Assembly: GCA_021730945.1 (NCBI GenBank)
Contig: JAKFYH010000005.1
Coordinates: forward strand, 73,014 to 137,013
Direction of reading: 5' to 3'
DNA length: 64,000 bases
DNA from: Acidobacteriota bacterium
Lineage (GTDB): Bacteria > Acidobacteriota > Vicinamibacteria > Vicinamibacterales > UBA2999
The notes below the pieces were generated by a model, which saw nothing but the letters and a program-made list of their open reading frames with translations, was not told the DNA's origin and searched no databases. This document shows, one piece after another, positions 13,849 to 27,594 of the stretch (position 1 is its first letter; every line of letters starts with the position of its first letter). A program made the translations under genes and the position numbers.

Positions 13849-16245
13849 CTACTGAAAGTGATGCAGTTCGCAGCTGGCCAGCGGCTCCGTGCCCGAGAGG
13901 AAGGCTTCCAGGGTGACGCGGGGGCACGTGGGGGTGGCAATCTTGCCGGTGTCGCGATCGATTTCGACGAAGCTCACGCCGCCGGGAGCCTCGAAGCCGC
14001 GATTCGGGCGGCCGGCGAGTGCCTTCATCATGAACGAGGTCCAAATCGGCAGCGCGGCCTGCGAGCCGCTGAGGCCGAGCGGCTGGTTGTCGTCGAGGCC
14101 GACCCACACCACGGTCAGCAGCTCGGGCGTGAAGCCGACAAACCACGCGTCCCGCAGGTCGTTGGTCGTGCCGGACTTTCCGGCGGCGTCGAGGGTGAAG
14201 CCGGCGGTGCGCGCGCTGGCGCCGGTGCCGTCGTTCAGGACGCTGCGCAGCATGTGGGTGACCAGGAACGCCGCCGATGACCGCGCGACATTCGGGCCGG
14301 GCTCGATCTTGGGCGTCGCCTCCTGGTCGCTGCTGAGGACCCGGATAATCGACCGCAGTTTCTTGATCGTGCCGTTGTTGGGGAACACCGTGTAAGCCTC
14401 GGCAACTTCAAGCGGCGTCAGCTCGACCACGCCGAGGGCGACCGAGGGATAGGGCTTCACCTGGTCTTGCGTGCCAATCAGCGTCTTGCGCCACAAGGCG
14501 ACCACCTTGTCGTAGCCGGTCTGCTCGGCAACCTTGACGGTGGCAATGTTGCGCGACATGGCGAGCGCCCGGCGCAGGGTGATGGCGCCGTCGTATTCGC
14601 CGTCGTAGTTGCGCGGGGTCCAGGTCTGGTTGTCGAAGTTCCAGGTTGTCGGTTCGTCGTAGACCAGGGTCGCGGGTGTGATGTCGCCGGTGCCCTCGTC
14701 CGCGGCCTTGTCGAATGCCGCGAGGTAGACGAACGGCTTGAAGGTGGAGCCCATCTGTCGGCGCGCATTCGCGGCGCGATTGAACTGCGACTGGTTGTAC
14801 GAGCGGCCGCCGATGAACGACAGGATCTCGCCGCTACGCGGGTCGATCGCGACCAGCGCCGCCTGCGCCACTCGCTGGGGACCGCGTTTCCGGCGGGCCA
14901 GCACCGCGTCCACGCGGGCAATGCCTTCGCGCACCGCCTCCTGGGCGTGCCGCTGCAGGTTGAGATCGAGGGTGGTGTAGATGTCGAGGGCGCCGGGCTT
15001 GGCCGTGATGCCCGGGAACAAGCTGTCGAGCGCCGACCCCAGGTAGTCGACAAAATAGGGCGCCTCGTTGTCGACGGCGCGGGCCACAACGCTAATCGGA
15101 TCCGTGGTCGCCCGTTCGGCCGCCTCGGCCGTGATGTAGTCACCGTCGGCCATCGCGCGCAGCACCACGTTGCGGCGGTCGCGGGCGCGGTCGGGATTAT
15201 TGAAGGGCGAGTGAAAGAACGGCGACTGGATGACGCCGGCGATGAGCGCCGCTTCGCTGAGCGTCAGGTTGCGGACGTCCTTGCCGAAGAAGATCTTCGA
15301 CGCCTCGGCGACGCCGTGCAGCGCGAACGAGCCGCGATGGCCGAGGTACACGTCGTTCAGATAGAGCTCGAGAATCTCGTTCTTGGTGGCCTTGGTCTCG
15401 AGAATCACCGCCATAATCTGTTCGCGGATCTTGCGGAGCGTCGAACGTTGGCCGGTTTGCTGTTCAACCGCCATCTCGTCGGTGAGGAAAAAGTTACGCG
15501 CCAGTTGCTGCGTAATCGTGCTGGCGCCCGAGAGGTAGGTCTTGTTGCCAAAGATGTTGGTAATGAGCGCGCCGACAATGCGGATGGGATCGATGCCGGG
15601 GTGGTAGTAGAAGCGGCGGTCTTCAATTGCCAGCACCGCCTCCTGCATCCGGGCCGGAATGGCGTCGAGCGCCACCCGACGCCGCTTCTCACGGGTGCCG
15701 GTCATCAGCCCCGTCAGCAGCGGCGCATCGAGGGTCACCCGCTCGACGTTGCGGTCGGCCACCTGCAGCCGGGCGATGCGCTGCGCAACCGGCGGCGGCA
15801 CCGCGGTCTTGCGCTTGACGACCGGCGGCTCGGGAAACGACACGGTGAGCGGCTGGCCGGCGCGATCGCCGCCGCGCGAGATCAGAATCACCCGGTGCTG
15901 ATCGAGGGCAAATTCACCGGCTTTCTCCACCCGCGAGGTCTGCGCATAGCCGACATCGTTCAGCCGCGCCACCAGCTCCGCCTGGGTGAGGTTCTGCCCG
16001 GTCTGGAGGGTGATCGGGCGGCCGAACACACGCGGCACGGCGCGGTCGCGCTCGCCGTGCAGGCGCAGGTCGATGACGCGCCCGTACGAGACGTAGAGAT
16101 AGGCCAGCGAACCCATCGTCACCACGGCGGTCACGCCGAGCGTGATCAGCAGGTGGCGACGGTAAGGCTTCAGCCAGGCCGGCCATCGCAGCGTGGCCAG
16201 GTGCTTGCGCCAGCCGGAGGATTTCGATCGCGATCGTTTCGTCAA
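13849..16245 (-). CDS. Bifunctional class A penicillin-binding protein (PBP1A-type transglycosylase/transpeptidase)
   Basis: GT51 motifs (EDRRFYYHPGIDP, GASTITQQLARNFF), then transpeptidase STFKP, SRN and KSGTT. TTG 16245 forms a TTGA overlap with the bshC stop. Confidence 0.9.
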   Translation of the reverse strand: MTKRSRSKSSGWRKHLATLRWPAWLKPYRRHLLITLGVTAVVTMGSLAYLYVSYGRVIDLRLHGERDRAVPRVFGRPITLQTGQNLTQAELVARLNDVGYAQTSRVEKAGEFALDQHRVILISRGGDRAGQPLTVSFPEPPVVKRKTAVPPPVAQRIARLQVADRNVERVTLDAPLLTGLMTGTREKRRRVALDAIPARMQEAVLAIEDRRFYYHPGIDPIRIVGALITNIFGNKTYLSGASTITQQLARNFFLTDEMAVEQQTGQRSTLRKIREQIMAVILETKATKNEILELYLNDVYLGHRGSFALHGVAEASKIFFGKDVRNLTLSEAALIAGVIQSPFFHSPFNNPDRARDRRNVVLRAMADGDYITAEAAERATTDPISVVARAVDNEAPYFVDYLGSALDSLFPGITAKPGALDIYTTLDLNLQRHAQEAVREGIARVDAVLARRKRGPQRVAQAALVAIDPRSGEILSFIGGRSYNQSQFNRAANARRQMGSTFKPFVYLAAFDKAADEGTGDITPATLVYDEPTTWNFDNQTWTPRNYDGEYDGAITLRRALAMSRNIATVKVAEQTGYDKVVALWRKTLIGTQDQVKPYPSVALGVVELTPLEVAEAYTVFPNNGTIKKLRSIIRVLSSDQEATPKIEPGPNVARSSAAFLVTHMLRSVLNDGTGASARTAGFTLDAAGKSGTTNDLRDAWFVGFTPELLTVVWVGLDDNQPLGLSGSQAALPIWTSFMMKALAGRPNRGFEAPGGVSFVEIDRDTGKIATPTCPRVTLEAFLSGTEPLASCELHHFQ

Positions 16246-17942
16246 ATCGTCAGGACCCAGTGGTGGCCCATCTCGAGCGGCAGCTCGTCGATCAGCCGGT
16301 CCACCAGGGCGGGGCCGTAGCGGTTCAAGAACCAGACGAACCCGACTTCGCGTTCCTGCGGATGGCCCTGGGGGAAGGTAAGGGCCTGGGCGCGCTGGAA
16401 CTGGCGGCGCAGCGTCTCATCACGCCGCTTGGCCGCCTGGATGACCTTGTTGTGCAGCGAGTGCACCTCGTGCTGGAGCTTGCCCAGCGTCGACTTGACC
16501 GTGCCTTCGAGGGTGGGGTCGATCTGTGGCACCGCGGCCGCCACCGCCGCCATTCGTTCGTCGATCGCCGCCGCCGCCGCCGTCAAGGATTGTTCGACCG
16601 TGGGCGGCAATTGGCTCTCAAGCAACTGGTTGAGCGCCGCTTCGTCCTGGGCTCGTAGGGCTGTGAGCGGCAGCCGGTACTTGTTGAGGAAGCGCACCGT
16701 GGCCGAATCGGCCAGTGTCGCCGTGGCCCGCTGATACATGAGCGGCATCGGCACACCGAAGTGCGCGTACACGTCTTTCAGTTGCCCGAGATAGGCCAGC
16801 TCGTTCGGGCCGGCCACGTAGCAGATCGTTGGAAACACGGTGTCCTGGACGATCGGCCGCAACAGCACATTGGGGCTGAAATGCTCAGGGTGCTCGCGCG
16901 CCTCGTCGACCAGTTGCGGCAGGCTCACTTCGCGTTCGCCGATGAACGCCTGGTTGCCCTGAACCCGCACCGGGGCGCGTTCGGCATTGAGGTGAAACAC
17001 CGAGACGGTGCCCTCGGCCAGCATCGCCTGCGCGTGGTAACCCTTGGCGACCAGCGCCTCGCCGGCACGGGCCGCGATCAGGGCGGTGTGGCCAGGCTGG
17101 CCGACTTCGGTCACAAACACGTCGCGGGCCAGCAGCTTGGCCGCCGCATCAGACGAGTCGTACACCACCAGGCCGTGCGGCCCCAGCACCTCTTCGATCC
17201 ACTGGCCAAACGCCGTGGCCATGCCGGTGCCAGGGGTGTAGGCCTTGCGCAACGAGGCGATGATCCCGGCCTTGAATTCCGAGTCTGGCAGCGCGGCGTC
17301 GAGTTGGTCGATGGTGGCGGTGCTCTCGGCGTTGAGGGAAAGGCGGGCAATCGGGAGGTGGCCGGCGCCGTCGAGATCCGCCAGGCGGATGGCGACCGGC
17401 TCCAGTTCGGCGTCGAGCACCGTACATCCGCTGACTTCGGGCCAGTCGTGGTCCTCGGCATCAATCCAGAACACCGGTACGACCGGCACGCCGTGCTCAC
17501 GTTCGACCTTGGCCGCCAGTTTCATGGCGGTGAGGGCCTTGAGCAGCGTGAAGAGTGGGCCGCCAAAGACGCCCGCCTGCTGGCCAGTGATGACCACGCG
17601 GGTCGCGGAATCGGCCAGACGCGCCGCCGACGCGCGCGCGGCCGCCGGGGCGTCTCGCTGCTCCTGCTGCGCGGCGATAATCCGCGCCAGCTCGGCCGGC
17701 TGGCGGGCATAGCCCTGAGAACGGGTGATGGTTTCGGCCCAGGCGGCGGGCGTGGCGGGATCGCCGGCAAAAAACGGCGCGACGTTTGTGTACGCGAATG
17801 CGTAGTCGGACGCCAGTCGCCGAATCCACGGAAAAGTGCGAATGTCCACCGCCAACGCGGCGGAGACGGGCGAGACGTCTGAAGGCACCGCCACGTACTC
17901 TCTCAAACGGTCACTAAGACTGTCAACCGTGCGTGATAACAT
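16242..17942 (-). CDS. bshC: Bacillithiol biosynthesis cysteine-adding enzyme BshC (UPF0747/YllA family)
   Basis: Length 566 aa. VITGQQAGVFGGPLFTLLKALTAMKLA and C-terminal FVWFLNRYG blocks recall the BshC family. Recognition by eye only. Confidence 0.75.
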   Translation of the reverse strand: MLSRTVDSLSDRLREYVAVPSDVSPVSAALAVDIRTFPWIRRLASDYAFAYTNVAPFFAGDPATPAAWAETITRSQGYARQPAELARIIAAQQEQRDAPAAARASAARLADSATRVVITGQQAGVFGGPLFTLLKALTAMKLAAKVEREHGVPVVPVFWIDAEDHDWPEVSGCTVLDAELEPVAIRLADLDGAGHLPIARLSLNAESTATIDQLDAALPDSEFKAGIIASLRKAYTPGTGMATAFGQWIEEVLGPHGLVVYDSSDAAAKLLARDVFVTEVGQPGHTALIAARAGEALVAKGYHAQAMLAEGTVSVFHLNAERAPVRVQGNQAFIGEREVSLPQLVDEAREHPEHFSPNVLLRPIVQDTVFPTICYVAGPNELAYLGQLKDVYAHFGVPMPLMYQRATATLADSATVRFLNKYRLPLTALRAQDEAALNQLLESQLPPTVEQSLTAAAAAIDERMAAVAAAVPQIDPTLEGTVKSTLGKLQHEVHSLHNKVIQAAKRRDETLRRQFQRAQALTFPQGHPQEREVGFVWFLNRYGPALVDRLIDELPLEMGHHWVLTI

Positions 17943-17990
17943 TCGGAGTCAATCAGTGAGTGAAAAAGGCTTTTCGCGGGTGGCTGGAGG

Positions 17991-19547
17991 TTGGATGAGC
18001 CGGCACCGTATTTGGTTACAGACGTAGTGGACGGCGACCCCCTCGACGCGGCTTTGCGCGACTACGGTCCCGCGGCGATTGACGATCTGTTGCCGCGCCT
18101 GCGAACGATCGCCGCCACCCTGGACGAGGCGCACGCCATGGGCCAGGTCCACGGCTCACTCCATCCCCAAAATATTTTCGTCTCGGCCGAGACTACCGTC
18201 GTCACTGGCCTTGGTGTGGCGTCCATCGAGACCACGGTGCGGCCGCCCTACACCGCCCCGGAAGCAGCGGCGGGCGGTCCTGCCGTAGCGGCCTCGGATC
18301 AATTCGCCCTGGCCGCCATCGCCTACGAGTGGATGTTCGGCCGGCGCGTCTCAGGCCCGGCCACCCGCGCCATTGAGGTGCGCACCCTGCCCGGCGTCGA
18401 CCGCGACGCCCTGTCCCAGGCCTTCACGCGCGCCCTGGCACCCGAGGCCGGCCACCGCTTTGCCTCGTGCATGGCTTTTTACCAGGCCCTGTGCGCCTCG
18501 TTGATTCCCACCTTGCCGCTGGGACTGGCCGACGTCGATGACGACGCTGACCGCGGCCCGGTTGACGATTTCCAGGACGACGACCTGCTGGTGGCGACGC
18601 CTGATGTGATGGCGGTCGCCGAGTCTGGGACTCGGTCCGAGATCGAGGCCGACCTGACGCCGCTGCGCGATCAGGACGAGCCGCGATTTGCCTCTCTGGA
18701 GCCGGACCCGCCAGATCCGATCCGTCCGGTCGCGCCGGTATCAACGTGGCAGCCGAGTGCCGCCGCCACGCCAGCCAGGCCGGCGGAACGATTTGGCGGC
18801 GGCATGCTGATCGCGGCCCTGGCGGTGGGGCTGGTGTTTGGCTTCGCGGCGGGCTACATGGCTAGGCCGCGCGCACTTCAGTCGGGGCCGATCCAAACCA
18901 TGGCGCCACTGCCGGCCGGCACCGACGGCGGCCCTGTCACTGAGCCCGCCGCGGGCGGCGGGACTGACCGCCGTGCGTCAGCGCCGGTGGCGCCGGCCAC
19001 CGTGCCAGCGTCGCGGCCGGCAGAGCCCCCCCCCGAGAAGGCGGGGCGTTTGCTGGTCCGATCGACTCCGGGCGGCGCCAGCGTGGAAGTCGACGGCGTG
19101 GATCGGGGCGTGACGCCGTTGGCGCTGCGGGATCTTGACCTTGGGCCACGGACCGTCACCGTGACGCGACGCGGCTACCTCACCGAAGAGCATCGCATTG
19201 TCCTGACCAAGGCGCGTCCCTCGCGGTCGCTGGAACTGCGGCTATCAACTGCCGCCGCGCCGCGGCCGGGCACGCCCGCGACCCTCGGGCAACCACCCGC
19301 CGCGAGCCGCGGCGGCGCGGCCGCGACCGGGACGTTGCTGGTGGAATCGCGTCCGGCCGGCGCCACGATCATCATCGACGGCAAGCCGCGCGGCACCACG
19401 CCGCTATTGATCGAGGCGCTGGCGCCGGGCGACTACCGCGTCGGCCTGTCGCTGGCGGGCTATCAGTCTTTCGCAACCACAGTGCGCGTGGTTGCCGGCG
19501 AGCGCACGCGCGCGGCCGCATCGTTGAGCGCACAGGAGCAGGAATGA
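17991..19547 (+). CDS. Kinase-like (C-lobe only, degenerate catalytic loop) membrane protein with two C-terminal PEGA domains
   Basis: The TTG-start ORF begins at the hinge-like [22 protein letters not shown] replaces HRDxKxxN. APE is retained. One TM segment ([21 protein letters not shown]). Two PEGA repeats ([24 protein letters not shown]...; [24 protein letters not shown]...). The stop overlaps the carA ATG (ATGA). Confidence 0.75.
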   Translation: MDEPAPYLVTDVVDGDPLDAALRDYGPAAIDDLLPRLRTIAATLDEAHAMGQVHGSLHPQNIFVSAETTVVTGLGVASIETTVRPPYTAPEAAAGGPAVAASDQFALAAIAYEWMFGRRVSGPATRAIEVRTLPGVDRDALSQAFTRALAPEAGHRFASCMAFYQALCASLIPTLPLGLADVDDDADRGPVDDFQDDDLLVATPDVMAVAESGTRSEIEADLTPLRDQDEPRFASLEPDPPDPIRPVAPVSTWQPSAAATPARPAERFGGGMLIAALAVGLVFGFAAGYMARPRALQSGPIQTMAPLPAGTDGGPVTEPAAGGGTDRRASAPVAPATVPASRPAEPPPEKAGRLLVRSTPGGASVEVDGVDRGVTPLALRDLDLGPRTVTVTRRGYLTEEHRIVLTKARPSRSLELRLSTAAAPRPGTPATLGQPPAASRGGAAATGTLLVESRPAGATIIIDGKPRGTTPLLIEALAPGDYRVGLSLAGYQSFATTVRVVAGERTRAAASLSAQEQE

Positions 19548-20686
19548 ACGCGATTTTGGCATTGGAAGACGGCACCTGGTTTCAGGGCGTGTCGGCTGGC
19601 GCACCAGGTGAGACCACCGGCGAGGTGGTGTTCAACACCAGCCTGACGGGCTACCAGGAGATCCTCACCGATCCGTCGTATGCCGGTCAGATTGTCACCA
19701 TGACCGCGCCGCAGATTGGCAACTACGGCGTCGCCGGTGCCGACACTGAATCGTCCAAGCCGCAGGTGGCCGGGTTTGTCATGCGCGACGCCTCGCCGAT
19801 GGCGAGCAACTGGCGCGCAACCGGCTCGCTGCGCGACTACCTGATTCGCCACCACATCGTGGCGATCGGCGACATCGACACCCGGGCGCTGACGCGAATC
19901 CTGCGTTCGTCAGGCGTCATGCGCGGCGTGATCGCGACCGGCGCGTTTGAAGCCGCCGAGTTGGTGGAACGTGCCCGCCGGGTGCCGCACATGGAAGGCA
20001 GTGACCTGGTCAAGCAGGTCACGACGGCCGAGGCCTACGACTTCGAGACGTCACTTGCCGACGCCGTGACCGACGCCAGCTTTGGTGTGACGCCGCTGCG
20101 CCGAGCGACGCGGCCGCTGAAGGTGGCGGCCTACGACTACGGCATCAAGACCAACATCCTGCGCCGCCTCGTCGCGCACGGTTGCCAGGTGCGGGTGTTT
20201 CCCGCGTCGACGCCGGCAGCCGATGTGCTGGCGTGGCGGCCCGATGGCATCTTTCTCAGCAACGGCCCCGGCGACCCGGCGGCCGTGACCTACGCCATCG
20301 ACAACATCAGGCAACTGGCCGAGGGGACGACCCCGATGTTCGGGATCTGTCTCGGCCACCAGTTGATGGGCCTCGCCCTCGGCGCCCGCACCTACAAGTT
20401 GAAGTTCGGTCATCGCGGCGGCAACCATCCCGTCAAGCAGTTGGATTCTGGCGCCATCGAGATCACGTCGCAGAACCACGGCTTCGCGGTCGACCCCGAC
20501 TCGCTGCCGGCCTCGACGCGGGTGACGCACCTCAATCTCTACGACGGCACCATCGAAGGCCTGCGCCACGTGAGCAAGCCGATTTTCTCGGTGCAGTACC
20601 ATCCGGAGGCTTCGCCGGGGCCCCACGACGCCGATTATCTGTTCCAGGAATTCCTCGACGAGATGGAGAAAACCCAAGGTGCTTAA
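19544..20686 (+). CDS. carA: Carbamoyl-phosphate synthase small (glutaminase) subunit
   Basis: [15 protein letters not shown]...[17 protein letters not shown]...GICLGHQL...[13 protein letters not shown]. Confidence 0.95.
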   Translation: MNAILALEDGTWFQGVSAGAPGETTGEVVFNTSLTGYQEILTDPSYAGQIVTMTAPQIGNYGVAGADTESSKPQVAGFVMRDASPMASNWRATGSLRDYLIRHHIVAIGDIDTRALTRILRSSGVMRGVIATGAFEAAELVERARRVPHMEGSDLVKQVTTAEAYDFETSLADAVTDASFGVTPLRRATRPLKVAAYDYGIKTNILRRLVAHGCQVRVFPASTPAADVLAWRPDGIFLSNGPGDPAAVTYAIDNIRQLAEGTTPMFGICLGHQLMGLALGARTYKLKFGHRGGNHPVKQLDSGAIEITSQNHGFAVDPDSLPASTRVTHLNLYDGTIEGLRHVSKPIFSVQYHPEASPGPHDADYLFQEFLDEMEKTQGA

Positions 20687-20731
20687 CGTGCGTACGATGC
20701 TTGGGGTGCCAAAGGGTTGGTGCGTCCGCTA

Positions 20732-24001
<3,270 letters not shown>

Positions 24002-24030
24002 GGTACAGGACTCCCGGAACCCAGGTTCGG

Positions 24031-24058
24031 CTGAGACCTGAGACCTGAGTCCTGGGAT
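24031..24058. repeat. 7-nt tandem array (CTGAGAC x2, CTGAGTC, CTGGGAT)
   Basis: Read directly from the sequence. Lies between the carB stop (24001) and the terminator hairpin. Confidence 0.8.
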
Positions 24059-24070
24059 TTCGGCATCGCG

Positions 24071-24112
24071 AGAAACGCCACGTCTCCCAGGTGGAAGCGT
24101 GGCGTTTTCTGC
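24071..24112 (+). terminator. Rho-independent terminator of carAB
   Basis: AGAAACGCCACG-(15 nt)-CGTGGCGTTTTCT: a GC-rich stem followed by a T-run. Confidence 0.65.
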
Positions 24113-24182
24113 GTACTCCGAAGGCCATTTCCTGGGTTCCAGCCGCATTCTCGATGCCCCGCCGTTTGCTTGAGACAGTGCC

Positions 24183-26729
24183 ATGTCACTGTCACTCGCC
24201 CTTGCCATAGCGGCCGCGGCAGGTACTGCCGCCGGTGTGTTCGCCGATCCCGCATCGATGTCACTCGTCCGGTGGTTGCTGGCGATGGCCGCGGTCGCGG
24301 CGTTCCTGTTCGCCTCCCGGCACGACTGGACCCGGGCTCGTCGCAGCGGGCTGGCCGGTCTCGCGGCGGCCTGTGCGCTGCTGGCGTCGGCGGCCGAGCA
24401 GGCCGCCCTCCATCCGCCGCTTCGAACCGTGCTCGAACAGCGTCTCGGCGGATTTGCCATCGAGGGCGTCGCCGCCCCTCGCCACGACACGCCCATCGTC
24501 ATCGAGGGCAGGCTGGCGGCTGATGCCGCGCTTACTGAGAGCGGTGCGTTGGTGCGGCTGCAGATCGAGCGCGTGTGGTTAGGGCCTTGCCCCGAGCCGG
24601 CGCCGGGCGGAGCGTCGCTGACCGTGACCGGAGTGATGGCCGCCGAGGCGGTTGGGGAGTGGCGAGCCGGGCGGCGAATAAAAGCGCCGGCGCTGCTGCG
24701 AAGGCCCGCGCGCTATCTGAATGCCGGCGTGCCGGATCAGGAGCAGATGCTGGCCAGGCGGGGGCTGTCCCTGGTGGGCTCGATCAAGAGCGCCGCGCTC
24801 GTCGAGGTCGTCGGTCGCGGCAATTGGTTCGACGAATCCGCGGCGGCCGTCAGGGCACGCGTGCGTCGCGCGATGGCGCGCCATGTCGCTGTTCGCGATC
24901 GGCAGTCGGCGGCGGTCGCCACCGCGATCCTGATCGGCGATCGCGGCTCGCTGGATCCGGTCGTCGAGCGGCGGTTACAGGAGGCGGGCACCTACCACGT
25001 GATCGCGATCTCCGGCGGCAACATCGCCATTCTCGCCGGCCTGGTCCTCGCGCTGTTGTGGTGGCTTGGCATCCGCGGTGGCTGGGGCGCCGGGGCGGCG
25101 GTGGTCGTGCTGGCGTGGTACGCCTTTGTCGCCGGCGGCGGGCCTTCGGTGACGCGGGCGACCGTGATGGCGGCGATCTACCTGTCGCTGCGGACGATCG
25201 ATCAGCGGACCGCACCGTCGCACGCGCTGGCGCTCACCGTCGCCGCGATCCTCATCGTCTCGCCGCTGGCCGTGGCCGACGTCGGGTTCTGGCTGACCGT
25301 TGGCGCCACCGCCGCCATTGTCGTGGGGACCACACGAATCGGCGTCGGCAACTTCGGCCTGTCCGCCGGCACGCGGAGCGCGAAGGCGGTCGGTCCTGGT
25401 GCCGGCAACTGGCTGCGTGGACCCATGGTGTTGGTCCTGGCCTCGGCGTGTGCGGAGGCCGTGCTGATGCCGATCGGCGCCTTGGTGTTCCAGCGCGTCA
25501 CGCTCGCGGGCCTTGGCCTGAACCTTGTCGCCGTGCCGTGCATGGCCATCGTCCAGGTGGCCGCCATGGTCGTTGCCGCCATGGACGCCGTGGGGTTGGA
25601 CCGTGCGGCGTGGCCGGCGGGCTGGATCACGCACCTGGCGGTGCGGGCCCTCGTCGACAGCGCGGCGTTGGTGGACTTTGCGCCGTGGCTGACGTGGCGG
25701 GTGCCATCGCCGTCGATGGGCGTGACGGCCGCCTACTACGCCTGCTTGATCGTCGCGGTGTGCTGCCACGGAGGATGCGGAGGGAATCACGAAGGACCCC
25801 AAGGGAACCGCTCCCTTCGCGTGCTTCGCGTTCTATCGTCGCGTGCTTCGTGGTTGGCGTTGGGGTTCTTCTTGTGGATTGCCGCGGCGCCGGCCACGCA
25901 GGCTCGCGCATTGGGCGACGGCCGGCTCCACCTCACGGTGATGGACGTCGGGCAGGGCGACGCGATGCTCGTCACGCTGCCCAATGGCCGCACCCTGATG
26001 GTCGATGCCGGTGGCGTGTCACTGCGGGGCGACTTCGATATTGGCGACCGCGTGCTGGGTCCCGCGCTGCGCGCCAGGAACATTGTGCGCCTCGACTACC
26101 TGGCCATTACCCACAGCGACCCTGACCACATCGGTGGCGCAGCGTCGCTGGCGAACGACTTTCGGCCGGGCGAGATCTGGGCCGGTACTTTCGTCGCCAA
26201 CCACGAGCCCACACGGCAACTCCAGGCCGCGTCCGATCGCCATCGCGCCACGTGGCGATGGCTGCAGAAGGGCGACCGCCTGGATCTGGGCGGCGTCGAA
26301 CTGCGGGTGCACCATCCGCCGTTGCCCGACTGGGAGCGGCAGAGGGTTAGAAATGACGATTCGCTGGTGATCGAGCTGCGCTACGGCCAGGTGTCGATGC
26401 TGCTGACCGGCGACATCGGCAGGGAAGTGGAGCAGGCGCTGATTCCTACGCTGGACCTGCTGCCGATCGTGGTCCTGAAGTCGCCGCACCACGGCAGCGG
26501 CACGTCGAGTTCGCAGCCGTTCATCGATGCCGTGAAGCCAAGTGTCGTCGTGATCAGCGACGGCCGTGGGAACCCGTACGGCCACCCCGTGCCGCAGGTG
26601 CTGGAGCGCTATCGCCGCGCTGGCGCGACGGTGTTTCGCACCGACCAGGACGGACAGATCGAGCTCACCACCGACGGCCGCACGATTCGGTCCCGCACCT
26701 TCACGGGCCGGGCGACGCGTGTGCCCTAG
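24183..26729 (+). CDS. comEC: DNA internalisation-related competence protein ComEC/Rec2 (polytopic membrane domain plus C-terminal metallo-beta-lactamase domain)
   Basis: Many TM segments with the core GTYHVIAISGGNIAIL. C-terminal LHLTVMDVGQGDAMLV...ITHSDPDHIGG...LKSPHHGS. Confidence 0.85.
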   Translation: MSLSLALAIAAAAGTAAGVFADPASMSLVRWLLAMAAVAAFLFASRHDWTRARRSGLAGLAAACALLASAAEQAALHPPLRTVLEQRLGGFAIEGVAAPRHDTPIVIEGRLAADAALTESGALVRLQIERVWLGPCPEPAPGGASLTVTGVMAAEAVGEWRAGRRIKAPALLRRPARYLNAGVPDQEQMLARRGLSLVGSIKSAALVEVVGRGNWFDESAAAVRARVRRAMARHVAVRDRQSAAVATAILIGDRGSLDPVVERRLQEAGTYHVIAISGGNIAILAGLVLALLWWLGIRGGWGAGAAVVVLAWYAFVAGGGPSVTRATVMAAIYLSLRTIDQRTAPSHALALTVAAILIVSPLAVADVGFWLTVGATAAIVVGTTRIGVGNFGLSAGTRSAKAVGPGAGNWLRGPMVLVLASACAEAVLMPIGALVFQRVTLAGLGLNLVAVPCMAIVQVAAMVVAAMDAVGLDRAAWPAGWITHLAVRALVDSAALVDFAPWLTWRVPSPSMGVTAAYYACLIVAVCCHGGCGGNHEGPQGNRSLRVLRVLSSRASWLALGFFLWIAAAPATQARALGDGRLHLTVMDVGQGDAMLVTLPNGRTLMVDAGGVSLRGDFDIGDRVLGPALRARNIVRLDYLAITHSDPDHIGGAASLANDFRPGEIWAGTFVANHEPTRQLQAASDRHRATWRWLQKGDRLDLGGVELRVHHPPLPDWERQRVRNDDSLVIELRYGQVSMLLTGDIGREVEQALIPTLDLLPIVVLKSPHHGSGTSSSQPFIDAVKPSVVVISDGRGNPYGHPVPQVLERYRRAGATVFRTDQDGQIELTTDGRTIRSRTFTGRATRVP

Positions 26730-26745
26730 CGGGAACCACGCAGCA

Positions 26746-27567
26746 CTATCCGTTCGCGTCCTTCGTGGTTGTCTTGGCCACCTGCCAATGCGCCTCGAGC
26801 TGCTCCAGCGTCAGGTCGCGCATCCGTTCGCCCTTGCTCGTCACCTGCCGCTCGACATCGTCGAACCGCAACTGAAATTTGTTGTTCGCCACGCGAAGGG
26901 CGGCTTCGGGTTCAACACCGAGCTTGCGCGCCAGGTTGGCCACCGCAAACAGCAGATCCCCAAGCTCCTCCTCGGCCTCCGGTGACTTCGGCCCCAGCGT
27001 CTCGACGGCTTCGCGCAGTTCGCGGACTTCCTCGTCGATCTTGTCGAGTACGTCGCCGGGCTTGACCCAATCGAAGCCGACGGTGGCGGCTCGCGTGCTC
27101 AGTTCGAAGGCCCTGAGCAGCGACGGCATGGACCGTGGGATGCCGCTCAGCAGGGACTTCTCCGGTTCGCCGGCGTCGCCGCGCTCCTTCTTCTTGATGT
27201 CCTCCCATTGCTCCTTCACCTCGCGCGGGGTGAGCAACGCCTTGCCGTGGGCGTCGAAGACATGGGGGTGCCGCCGGATCAGCTTGTCGGCGATGGCCTG
27301 CAGCGAGTCAGCGATCGAGAAGCGGCCTTCTTCCTCGCAGATCCGGGCGAGAAACACGGCCTCGAACAGGAAGTCGCCGAGCTCCGACTTGAGGTCGTCA
27401 TAGTCCTCGCGGTCGAGGGCATCGAGCAGCTCGTAGGTCTCGCCCAGCACGAATGGGCGCAGGGTCTGCACCGTCTGTTGGCGGTCCCAGGCGCAGCCGT
27501 GCTCGGAGCGTAGCGTGCGCATGATTTCCACCAGTTGCTGAAAGCGCTCGCCGGCCTGCTCGCTCAT
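26746..27567 (-). CDS. mazG: Nucleoside triphosphate pyrophosphohydrolase MazG
   Basis: FQQLVEIMRTLRSEHGCAWDRQQT...ETYELLDAL...ELGDFLFEAVFLARI, and the second half ELGDLLFAVANLARKLGVEPEAALR. ATG at 27567. The track's 613-aa ORF is an upstream extension antisense to the next gene. Confidence 0.9.
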   Translation of the reverse strand: MSEQAGERFQQLVEIMRTLRSEHGCAWDRQQTVQTLRPFVLGETYELLDALDREDYDDLKSELGDFLFEAVFLARICEEEGRFSIADSLQAIADKLIRRHPHVFDAHGKALLTPREVKEQWEDIKKKERGDAGEPEKSLLSGIPRSMPSLLRAFELSTRAATVGFDWVKPGDVLDKIDEEVRELREAVETLGPKSPEAEEELGDLLFAVANLARKLGVEPEAALRVANNKFQLRFDDVERQVTSKGERMRDLTLEQLEAHWQVAKTTTKDANG

Positions 27568-27594
27568 GCGCCATGCTAACATTCCATCTCTTAG

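Noticed and set aside
12987-14146. Upstream 118 residues of the 396-aa track ORF containing xdhC
   Set aside because: The extension is Arg/Pro/Gly-rich and crosses the intergenic hairpin region and the 3' end of the PBP1A gene. XdhC homology starts at MNHEVFAAL (ATG 13792).
14467-16320. 617-aa ORF on the plus strand
   Set aside because: It is antisense to the PBP1A gene, which has clear GT51 and transpeptidase motifs. It is a shadow ORF.
24575-26125. 516-aa alternative-frame ORF inside comEC
   Set aside because: It is on the same strand but out of frame. Its translation is Arg/Gly-rich, whereas the comEC frame shows TM helices and an MBL domain.
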